Assembly: GCF_036971445.1 (NCBI RefSeq)
Contig: NC_091472.1
Span: 229,772,001 to 229,836,000 of the forward strand
DNA length: 64,000 bases
Source: Narcine bancroftii
Lineage: Eukaryota
Direction: 5' to 3'
Position 1 is the stretch's first letter. The number at the start of each line of letters is the position of its first letter. The translations under genes and the position numbers were made by a program. Positions 12,092-23,458 of this stretch are shown piece by piece. The notes under the pieces were generated by a model, which saw only the letters and a program-made list of their open reading frames with translations, made no database searches and was not told the origin of the DNA.

Positions 12092-15000
12092 TTAATGTTG
12101 GTGCCTGGAATCCTCGTGTTCCTTGGAAGGACAGAATTAAGAGAACTGTTATTTTCCGGTCGGCTATCTTTGCTCCGAGTTCAGTATTTTATTCCTAGTG
12201 AAGGCAGCAATCAGACGACAACTATAGGGCACAGTTATACTTACATTTGAAAATTCTTCATGTGATAATTCTGTTGACTGACTTTTTGCCTGAATAAAAA
12301 TAGCAAAGACACAATTTTAGAATTATCCTCAAGTCAAAATGCAAAAACAATACTTCATTGTAAATCAGGAAGAGAGAACAAATAAAAGTTTGGGTTTCTA
12401 TTTGAAAGGGAGTTCAGTAAAGAACCCGAGTCCTCACTTTTTTAGTGTTACAATAATCGAGGAGTGTAGTGGGTTGAGGATCAATGGCCATTCTAATGTT
12501 GGAATAATGTCCCATCAACTGGCCTTCGTCAGCACCCAGAATCTCCGTCTGTGACAAGAAGAGATTATAATTTGCCAGATTAATCCATGGATTATATCTG
12601 TCCACTCACCATTGGAGTAGTGAGGGCGCACTGCTGCCTGCGATCTGGATCACTGCAAAGATCAGAGAGCAAACAGCAGTGATTTTGGAAAACCCAATAA
12701 CAACTGTGGCCCTATCTTTCATGAAGATGTAATATTATCTTCAGGTTCTATTCAATGCCTAATCCAAGTTTCCTTATTGTTTCAAGCTGCTCTTTTACAG
12801 AGAAGTCTGGTTCAACTTATTTGGGTTAGTGTCAGATATAACGGGGTAAAGTTAACTCCCCCACTCATCTTCCCATGAACCACCCCAGATTCCAACACTC
12901 ACCAGCAACAATTTACTGCCGTCTAACCCACAACTGTTTGGTGTGGAAGTGGGAACTGGGCCACCCTGAGGGAGCCCACCCAGACACAAGGAGAACATGC
13001 AATCTCCACACTGACTGCACCTAGTGTAGGATGGAAATTGGGAAACTAGAGCTGAGAAGCAGCAGCAACACCTGCTGTTCTCTCCCAAAATCTCTCTGTA
13101 AGAGAGATGAAACAGATAAAAATCTCTAATTAAACTTACATTTGAAGATTCCCGGACTTCTGTCTCTTCTGATTGACTTCTCACCTGTATAACAATATTG
13201 ATAATGTTATGTTCAGGACAAGGTAAATGACAACCAAATAAATTAATGTTGATCTCAAGATTATGAACATTTTATTGTTCAGTCTGGGCATGGCAAAAAC
13301 TGATTTAATGACTCAATAAGATGGTGATGAAGCCTCCACATACTCAGCACTTTACAGCAATGTTACTGCTACGTGGCCCTGGGTCAAAGGTAACCTAATG
13401 ACCAGGGACAATCCTCTCAACTGGTGCTTGTTGCATTGAACCTGCATCAGGAAGGGTGAGGACTTGGTGTTTTCTGTCGTAGAATGCAACACACTCTGTG
13501 TCTGATGCCACCCCTTCCTTCTACATTTAAAGCTATTCAGACAGGACCATGGATCAGAAAGATTTATGGGGATGTGGGAAAAATGATTTATATTTCAATG
13601 TACAGAACGGTCACAGGACCTTCTTCCCCACGAGCTTGTGCACCGTGAATACATCAATTTACTGTCAATCCCTGCACATTTTGGCAAATGGAGCCAGCTG
13701 AGGTAAACAACCTGGTTGGCCTGGATGAGATGGGCTGAAGGGACTTTATGATGCCATGAATCTCACAGGAGCTCGGCTCATTTCACCTTCAGAGAACCAA
13801 TTCAGGCTCTGTATTGGGATTAGATCATTTGACATGCAGTGGAAAGCCCACCTCTGAACCTCGTCATTCTTGTCATATTTTCATCTGGTACTTGTTTCCA
13901 ACCTGGCACAAATCAAGATCACGAAGATCGCGAACTCACAAGGCCTTTGTGAATACTCACATCTGATGTGTTCTCGAGGGATGTCTCCACGGATCTGGTT
14001 TTGACCTGTAAGCAAACATTAACAATTAAGCATTCGGCATAGGTCGTAAGGATTAACAGAGATCAGTTAATACAAAGGTAATTTACCACTGTGCTATTGT
14101 ATCATCTGGACATCAGGGGATCTTTGTTTAGAGCTCAGTCTTTGAGGGAGGTTCATTGCGAATATCTCAAAAATGTGCACTGCAGCAATGTTCAGTGGAG
14201 TTTGCTGCAATGGAGAACAGGGTCTGTGGGTCTGCTGCATTAACGTTCCACAGAATATCTCATTTAATTGAGGTGATTTGAAAGGTGTTGCTCTCCAGAA
14301 ATCATTGGTTGCATCTGTGCAGATTCCATGGTTGTGCTCACTCTCATTCTAGGTCACCCTAAATTCAGTGAAGAACAAACTCATCCTCGGAGAGCTCAGC
14401 GTTATGGCAGTGCTTGGTGTGCACACATTACAAGGATCTCTATTGACATGGGGTAATTATGTAACTAAATAGAATCCTCAAACCTGGCACAGCTTAACCT
14501 TAGTTATAGGCCTATTGTAGGTAAGAATTAGATGATAAAGCTCCTGGATTACATTTACCTTTAATGATGCTTCCAGTGACAAATCTTCTGACTGGCTTTG
14601 CCTCTGTATTAAAATAAATGCATATGTTTAGTTCAGAATTCACGGTTGCATAATGTAAATACTCTTTATTCACATATCTCCTAAAATGTTAAAATTTAAT
14701 TTACTTCATTAATAATGCGGTACAAAGCCCTTCTGGACCATGAAACCTGTCACAACCAGTGGGCCTACCAACCCCATCCGTTTTGTAGGTGAGAATATAC
14801 CGGAGTACGTGGGGAAAAGCAATGCAGGTCACGGGCAGAACGCACAAACTTCTCCCAGACGGTGATGGATTTGACAGTCACTGGGGCTGTAAGAGGGCTG
14901 CTTTACCAATGTGAAAGAGCTAATCATGGAACTTTTTACAGTTCTAATCAAAAGGTCAGAATTCAAGATCAATGAGAAAAGCATCTCCTAAATAGACGGC

Positions 15001-18000
15001 AGATCCTCTCCCACTGATTCCAATTCCCACCTGGCTTAGTCCCCGATGGAAACATCATTACTTTGATCTTCACCACGGAAGGCCAAAATCTCTTTTATTA
15101 CCTGATGCAATTTACTAACATGCACATGATATAGGTATTGGGGATTTGATAAACTGAGAGACTCTGGCTGAATTTTAGAGTGAGGAAGATCTCCTTAGTA
15201 TCACATGTTCTATAGTCATCACTCTCTGGAGGATGGAGAACTGTGGGGTCAAGGTATGGTGGGTGGGGGCAGCATGATGTTCACCATTAACTGGGTTGAC
15301 TTCCCTCAGAACTATTAAATTGTGCCAATTTCAGGAGGAAATTGCTATATGAGGTTGCCCCCAGGGATTGGCTTGATGTTGGCAGTGTTTTGAAAGTCCA
15401 GACTGTCGTCCGGGGCACCTCTGTCATTGAGATCCTCAGATTTGATCTTGTTGCTGAGAGTCAAAAAATTAAACTTACGTTTGAATGTTCCTCCAGTGAA
15501 GACTCTTCTGATCTGCTTTTCACCTATATTACAATATTAAGGTTTTTATGTTGAGCCCAGATTGCAGAATACACTTGATAATAATAAGCTTGTATTAAAC
15601 AACAAAGAACATTGCATGATAGACCATCAAAATTTCTTTCATTTATCATTATTGTGTTGAGCACAGTGCTACTGTTGGTGGTCCCTGACAACCGATGCTC
15701 TACAAATAATGTCGTCACCACAATCCCATTACTTTGGCATTCCTTCATCTTCAGGGGGAGAACCCATTCACCTTCCATATTGGGGGAAATTTTATTTTCC
15801 CTTGATGAATTTTTGAAATTTCTGACTGGAATCAGTCACCTGATTTCTCTCCCCTAATGCACTGAACTGAAATAATTTTGTAGCTCCGTTCTGGAAAAGC
15901 TGAGCATGGGATTTTACAACTTTATGAATAATTGAGACCAATGTGAAAATCATTTGTCAATACTCACATTTGAAATGTCCTCAAGTGATGACTCTGTCAA
16001 TTCTGTTAGATCCTGTTGGTAAAATGCAACGTTCACATCTTTAGTCCAGGAAATCAATAAAAATTTAACAAAAAACTCATGGGTTTCAAATCCCATTGAC
16101 TTGAAATGTATAACTGTGCGGTTACCTCAAATCTGGTTTCACTCGATTCCATGGAGTCACTCTCGCTGTCAACAGTCTTCAGACCTTCACACTCCACGTC
16201 AACGTATGCCACCTTATCAGCAAAATATTCCACCCGGCTTTTGCAAAACCCTCCTTCCTGTTGGAATAACATGTTGGGTCAAGTCACAAATTATTGCAGA
16301 GTCTGGACTGAAACAGGTTGTGATTTAGAATATAGAGCATTACTCCCTTGAGCCTATGATGTGGTACTAAACTATGGAAACACACTCCATAACAATCTAA
16401 ATTTTCGCCACCTCCCACCCATAACTCAATTTCCTGACATCCAAGTGCACATCTAAGAGCTTTTTGAATGTCCCTATTGTACCATTTATCCACCATCACC
16501 ACCAATGCATTCCAGGCACCCACCACTATCTGTGTGAAAATCTTACCTCTGATATCTCCCCAAACCTTTCTCCAATCACCTTCAACAGATGTTTCTATTA
16601 TAGTTGCTAACGTTGCTCCAGGAAAATGGTTCTGGCTGTCCACCCTATCTCAGCCCTTCAACAACTTAACGATGTACGTCGGTTAAGTTACCTCTCATTC
16701 TTCATCACTCCAAAGCGAAAAGCACTAGCTCTGCCAACCTTGCTTCATATGACATATTCTACAATTCAGGCAAAAGCCTGGTAAATCGCCTCTGCACCCT
16801 TTCAAAAACATTTACATCCGTCCTGTGATGACATGACCAGAACTGGTTTAATCTTCATTGTACATCATTTTGCAGCACATAATCCACAATGGCATGTGTT
16901 ATTTCAATCTTCATCAGTTTTTGAGGCTATTTATCAGCAGTCATGGCCTGCAAGTTATATGGAAAAGCACTCGTGGAGTCAAACAGCCCACTGGGTATGT
17001 ACTGACAAGTAAGTATTCATTTTACACTCATCCCATTGCCCCTATCCAATCTCCATTCTGTCACTTCCACCCCCAAGATTCCCTGGCCAGCAATCTACCC
17101 ACAGGGAAACTAACCAGTCCAAAGGATCTTTGGATTGGGAGGAAACCACACAGCCACAAAGAAAAGATGCAAACACCACAGGGGCAGTACCTGAGGTCAA
17201 TAAACTGGAGTTGTGGAGCCATTTCAATTCTATCTCTGCAACAACACTCTTTACTCAAGGTCACCTTTATTGTCATGTGAGAAAGTTTGTTTTTAAATAG
17301 TCCAGCAAGACGACCCAAACTTAGCACACACATAGTTTCCCTTGATATTACTAAGAACCCAGGGGTCTTTGTACCAGGTAACTTTAGGCTATGTTAATTT
17401 CAGGAGTTTTGTGCTGTGGTCCAATACACTACTCACAGCGGATTCTGATGCCACATGATGCTCAGGACTCACCGCGATCTTTCTGGGGCGGAAGTAGCAG
17501 CTGGGATCATCAAATTCCAGTCCGGAATTCTTGGAGCAGACGGTTTCTTTCACGGAGAATGTTAAATCCACGTTGTAGGACAGTTTGCCCGTGCGATAAG
17601 TCTATTAACAGGAAACAGGTCATGAACGTTAGCCATTGCAAATTGGTCAGATAAATCTTGGAGCAAACCATCTGAATGTTCCCTGTCAGTGGTTACAATG
17701 GGCCATCGGAATGACAGGGCAAGACAGACTAGAGATTAAACTCAGCCCAGCAACTATTTAACCCTTTGTCCGTCAGTGTGAAGATATTTAATTTGAAGGG
17801 GATATGAATGAATAAGTCTCCGACAATCAGGATTTGGAAATATATTTAAGAAGAAATATATATCAGACTATGGATGAAATTTGAAACAACAGTTTCACAT
17901 GTGGCTCCAATCTCCAAAGATAAAGACAGATTTAGAATTTCAATTCTTGAACTAAGACAGACACAAATTTAGATATAGACAGAGAGCATTACAGCACAGG

Positions 18001-18453
18001 CCCTTCAGCCCACAATGTTGTGCCAAACTATGTCAACCTTCTCCTCAACAATCTACTTTATCCTTATCCAACACCCATTCTCCTCTGTTTTGTTCCTGGT
18101 CACTGAACTGTGTTGATATGTGCTGTTCCTGCAGACCCCATCTGCGAAATCCACCTAAACCAGGAGACACTTACATTGGTCATTCTCCTCCCAGTGATGC
18201 CACACAAGTTGGGGATCTCAGTGATATAATTCAGTTTCAGAACTGAGGCTCTCAGAGCATCCTCAGGAACAGGCACCGCTGTAGAGAGAGAAGGAATATT
18301 TTACCAGCTGATTCCTTTACACAGGAGAACGTTATCACGGACTGAATCCCATTGCCAATCAGCCCATGCTCTGTGTAATTCCCACTCTCCCCTAAACCTA
18401 CCTGAGCAGTGGAGGATCTGCACTGCAGCGAGAGCGAGCAAAAGGTATGGCAT
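12092..18453 (-). CDS. spp2: SPP2-like secreted phosphoprotein, copy B (11 coding exons, ~238 aa, six 15-aa acidic Ser-rich modules)
   Basis: Exons: 18453-18402 MPYLLLALAAVQILHCS; 18278-18175 AVPVPEDALRASVLKLNYITEIPNLCGITGRRMTN; 17601-17473 TYRTGKLSYNVDLTFSVKETVCSKNSGLEFDDPSCYFRPRKIA; 16257-16126 EGGFCKSRVEYFADKVAYVDVECEGLKTVDSESDSMESSETRFE; 16012-15968 DLTELTESSLEDISN; 15523-15479 VKSRSEESSLEEHSN; 14603-14559 RQSQSEDLSLEASLK; 14005-13961 VKTRSVETSLENTSD; 13184-13140 VRSQSEETEVRESSN; 12289-12245 AKSQSTELSHEEFSN; 12121-12092 EHEDSRHQH*. All introns are GT-AG and the frame is open. The last acceptor (AAG) is the least certain. Confidence 0.85.
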
Positions 18454-18500
18454 TCTACCTCTCGTAGGGTTAGGCGCTAGTTTCTCAGAGTAAAGGAGCT

Positions 18501-18502
<2 letters not shown>

Positions 18503-18569
<67 letters not shown>
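18503..18569. repeat. (CT/GA)n microsatellite between TATA and ATG of copy B (also ~40654-40716 in D and ~62355-62386 in E)
   Basis: Direct reading. The tract is short in copies A and C. Confidence 0.9.
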
Positions 18570-18571
<2 letters not shown>

Positions 18572-18592
18572 GATCTTCCCTCACTTTTCAGT

Positions 18593-18633
18593 CTTTATAT
18601 CTTGAACCTCAACCACATGCAAACACTGACTCA
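18593..18633 (-). promoter_or_regulatory. Core promoter of copy B: TATA, RUNX (AACCACA), FOX-like (GCAAACA), AP-1 (TGACTCA)
   Basis: TATAAAG 18593-18599, AACCACA 18611-18617, TGACTCA 18627-18633. Conserved in copies C, D and E. Confidence 0.6.
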
Positions 18634-21600
18634 TGTTTGTCGAGCTTGTTGGCCGTGGGCAGAGGAATCAGATGAAAGGAGAACTCTAATATGGGTAGAA
18701 CTTCCTGCGGGCTGCGTCATCATGTTTGGAATTGGTGGGAGAAGTGTGAAATCAGGGTTTATTCCTGTTCATGTGAAATAATAAACTAACGGATTCAAGG
18801 AGATGATGATCTCTGATCTGAACAGCACAGCTCTTAATGCAGTGGAATTTCCCTCCACATTTTACAGGTTGTGGATCATTTTTACAGCCTCAGCATTTTC
18901 CTACATGCTTCCAGAATCAAAGATTAATCAGTTGTACTCTGTTGCCAGCAAGATTTTCCCCAAGATTCCAGATTCCATTTAATTCCAAAAATTTCTCCTA
19001 TGCTTTAGCTTGCAAAGGGGTAAATATTGAATTGATCGGCTAGAACAGCGTTTCATTTTCAGTGAGCTTTGTCTTTCATATTTAGATTGTTATTGGTCAT
19101 ATGAGATGTAGAGGGAATTTGGTGGGTAGGATATCCGAATCACAGTCAGAAATGATTGTTATGAACTTATGGTGAAATTTATTGTTTTGTGACATCGTTA
19201 CAGAATCAAAATCGCCATATATTATACATTTAAAATAAGTTAGTGAAAAGCAGAGAAAGTGTGGTAATGTCTGTGGTTCATTGACCATTAAGGAATCTGA
19301 TGGTGGAGGGGAAGAAGCTGTTTTTGTTTTCAGCCTCCTGTTTCTCGTTCCTGATGGCAGCAGTGAGAAGAGGGCATAGTCTGCATGGTGAGGGTCCTTG
19401 ATAATGGAGGCTGCTTTCTTAAGGCACAGGCTCTTGTAGACGTCCTGAATGGAGTAAAGTCTGATAACCATTAATGTGCGGGTAAGTTGACAGCCTTTCA
19501 TAGCCTTTTCCTGTACTGTGCAATTGCACAATCAGATTAGACAGTGATGCTACAGTCAGAATACTCTCCATGGTAGGAAATTTTCGAGAGTCTTGGTTGA
19601 CGTACAAAATCTCTTCAAACTCCTCACGAGGTATAAGTGCTGGTGAATCTTTTCATGATTCATGGAGACTGCAGGATAGATCTTCAGAGACGTTAACACC
19701 CAGGAACTTGCAGTTCTTCACACTTACTACTGCTGATCCATCGATGAGGGCAGTTTGTGTTAAACTTGCTGGAAAATGGCCGAGTTGTGTTTGAAGATCC
19801 CTGGTTTAACAGAGCAATGTTGTTGATTCGTTGCTTTCTGCAGCAGCAACTTTGGTGCTTTCTCTGGCAAATCACTGTCCATGATATATTCACATGTAAG
19901 CCTTGCCTGCGACAGGCTTTCCTCATAAATCAGATCCTCTCCCCAACCTCGATAACTTGTCGCAATTGATGGAATTTACAGTACTGTCACTTCTTGCAGG
20001 ATTTCCAAGGTCCTGCAGTGTCGATCCAACTGTCCAGTTGTCAGTCACTGAGCAACAATGGAAACAAGGCTGTTGACTGCAGTTGGCAGCAGTGGTTTGT
20101 CAGGACCTCTGACATTTCCTCCAAACTTACCTCCACTCACTTTTTCAGCCACAACGCACGTAGTCTCCAGATGACTACGTCGGAGTGGACTCAGTCGCCC
20201 ACCTCTTTGCAGAATGTACTTTATCCAGGAGTGTGTGCAGAAACATACAAGGGTCCTTGTCACAGTTCATCCCCAGCAGCAAAATGTCAGAGAACTCTCT
20301 GCTTTCCAGGCTGTTCCCAGGACCCATGCAGACTCAGACATCCGAACTGCTGCAAGATCATTAACTCGGTGAAAGACGCCCTTTGGTGTGCCCGAAACAT
20401 GTTAGTCTTCCTGCAGGTGGAGATGTCGGTGAAGATATCCTGTGGAGAATTTTCCATGCTGCTGGGAGAGTGCCGGGGAGGAATATTAGAGAAAGTAGCC
20501 TTGGTTATAGATTTTGGCATTTGGAACCTGTTGCTGGTGAAGGCATGAGTTATCCAGACTGAACTTAGAGCTTTGCATTTCCTGATCCAAACACCAGCAG
20601 TAGCTCAGTGCATCTGCAGTCAAAAAAATTTGCACATCTCACACACTTTTANNNNNNNNNNNNNNNNNNNNNNNNNNNNNNNNNNNNNNNNNNNNNNNNN
20701 NNNNNNNNNNNNNNNNNNNNNNNNNNNNNNNNNNNNNNNNNNNNNNNNNNNNNNNNNNNNNNNNNNNNNNNNNNNNNNNNNNNNNNNNNNNNNNNNNNNN
20801 NNNNNNNNNCACTCACGCACATATATAATTCAGATACACATTGAGTCTTAAACTGAATCCAAATTAGTCTTGGACATCAATGTTCGATGGTAGAGGTGGA
20901 GGTGTTTCTCTGACTTGCGGTCTGTGTCCAATGGTGTCCTGCAGGGATCAGTGCTGGGACATCAATTGTCTGTGATATATATTAATGCTGTATATTTAAA
21001 TGTAATGATCTGATCAGTAAGTTAGCAGATGACATGAAAAGTTGCTCCATTCAAAATATCCTGTGTGGGACAAGAATACTCCACCTGAGACCACAAAAAA
21101 CTGCAGAGGGATGTGAATGTGGCTCTGACCATCACACACAACCCTTCCCTTCATTTATTCCATGTATTCTTCTCACTGCCTTGGGAAAGCAGCCAACATA
21201 TTAAAAGGCACGCCCCACCCTGACACACACTCCCCCTCCTGTCAGTAGGATTCACGAGATTGAGATCACATACCATCAGATTCAAGCAGAGTTTCTTTCC
21301 GTCTGTTATTATCATCCCGAACGAACCTCGTATACAACTTGTTTAATGTGCACTAACTTCAATTTTGAAAAATTGTTGAGGATAGTGAGGAAGGGTGAAA
21401 TTTGTGTGGAGAAATGACAGATAGAGTTTAATCTCATCATGTTTAATTTTGAATTTAAAATGTAATTTGCAGGAGGAGAGTATACAGCAAATGGCAGGAT
21501 CTCGGTATAATTTAATGTATAGAGGGATTGTGCGTGCAAGACCATAGCTCCCAAAAATGGCCATACAGGTAGATAGTATTGCAAAGAAGGCGGCTTTACT

Positions 21601-21979
21601 GGTTGGGACAATGTGTGTTTACAACGGGAAGTCATGTTGCTGCTATTTAAAACTTTGATTAGGCATCGGTTCAAATCGTTTGTGCTGTTTTGCTCACTTC
21701 ATTACAGGAAGGATGTGGTGTCTTTGGAGAGAGTGCAGAAGAGATTTTTCAGTTCTGAATTTATTCCACTTCACATGGATTTATTGTCACGTGGATCAGT
21801 GAGAGGGGTTTTCAGGGTGAAAAGAGAGTTTTTAATCTATAATGTAACTTCTACCATCACCATCCGAAGAGAGTCTTTGGAGATTGGTGGACTGGGAGGA
21901 GAAGACGAGGAACCTTTGTTCCTTATGTTAGCTCCGTCACCATTGGTAAATCCAAGCAGGCAGTTATGTCTCTCAGAAC

Positions 21980-22344
21980 TGTTAGGTAAAAACATCATGA
22001 GCTGGGAATGTAGAGGGAGTCACCCAGTGCTGGGCCGTAACAAGATGCAGTTGTGACCTTGTACTCTCAAAATAAGAGTGGGGATGACAAATTGATGTGC
22101 AGGAGGCTAGCAGAGAGGGACAGCAACAGTTTATTCATTGGACAATGTCATGGTATGATAATTTACTAAGTACGTATCCTAAGGTATATAAAAAACACCA
22201 CTTGCTGATAACGGCAGAATGCGCCTTCTCCAACTAACACTGTTAGTTGCAAGTGTTACAATCCGGCAATAAAGAACAAAGAACCTTGATTTCGACTCAG
22301 TCTGGTGTTTGACTCACTCATTCATGAACAAAGCAGACCTAACA
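21980..22344 (+). mobile_element. Solo LTR (365 bp) with 4-bp TSD
   Basis: Termini TGTTAGGT...ACCTAACA. TSD GAAC at 21976-21979 and 22345-22348. Internal TATA and AATAAA. The paralogous site near 11,000 is empty. Confidence 0.85.
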
Positions 22345-23458
22345 GAACTCAGTCATCTGAGTTAACATGAGCACGACTAATCCATTCAATGATGGACAAT
22401 GCAGTTTCCTCACCCGGAGTTCACAATGTCATCTTACATGAACTTAGTTGGCTGATTTGGAAGAATGCTCGTCTGTTACATGTGGTGATAAATGAGAGCT
22501 CTTTGCTTGTGCGACCTCTTTCCACAGACTTGGTTACAAAGACTGTCATGGCCTTCTCACATGAGTATAGTCTTTATCATGCTACTTATACAGGATCTAC
22601 CCAGTGATCATTATGGATGAACCTCAAGCTGCTTCTTGATTATCCTCGGACCAGACCTTAACTTTCCCTGTAGGATCTTGCAGTGTTGACTTGGTTGTGT
22701 CCACATTGTGACATATTGTTCTGAAAGTCTTCTCACTGCTGTCAATTTATACGGTCATGGGTCATTAATTCTGATGACCCCTCAGAAAAACTATTTTTCG
22801 ATGAAGATTTTGCTTCCACTAATAAGAGATGGAAAATTATTAAAACCTTGAATGTGTTTAACTTGGAATAGTGAAATAACAACCTTGTTTGGTCATGTGG
22901 ACTCAAGGATCAATATTCGGTGCTGCCCTAATACCTCACCAAGCTACATTGTTCATGTATCATTATCTTTGCTACATAGGGTAGTTGCAGCTCTGTGACT
23001 TGCTAAGTTTCTTCAGCATTTTTGTGTAAATTACATTCACAGAATCTTCAGATGCACTGAGCTACTGCTGGCATTTGGATCAGGAAATGCAAGGCTCTAA
23101 GTTCAGTCTGGATCACTCATGACCTTCTTCCCATGCCTTCACCAGAAGTATCCACACCCACCAAGAGAACGAAAGGGTGTATCAGTTAAAACCGAATGTA
23201 ATTAGCGGAGGGAGAAACACACGTCGTAGAAGGTCAGTAAATATTCATTTATCATTTTAATTTGATTCACAGTAAACAAGACGACAACACATGTCAATAT
23301 ACAGAATATTTACAATCTATAGATATTCTGAGTTTCATAAAATATACAATCAGGAGCTCCAGTCCCCTTCTCCGAGTGATGAACATCGACAGCATCTTCT
23401 TCCATCTGGTTTACCACTGTTCATGCTGAGCTTGGAGTTTCAGATGTTTAATCTATGA

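Noticed and set aside
17473-17601. Calling the genes canonical cathelicidins because of FSVKETVC
   Set aside because: A signal-only phase-1 exon 1, the DALRASVxKLN helix, the C-x17-C second loop and the Ser/Glu-rich tail fit SPP2 better than the 4-exon cathelicidin gene. A phylogeny is still needed.
19780-20548. ORFs conserved between units (19994-20548 and 31312-31560)
   Set aside because: The conservation reflects the recent duplication. The content is a Tx1/L1-like C-terminal remnant (HLFAEC, KDALWCARN) and is frameshifted in the second copy.
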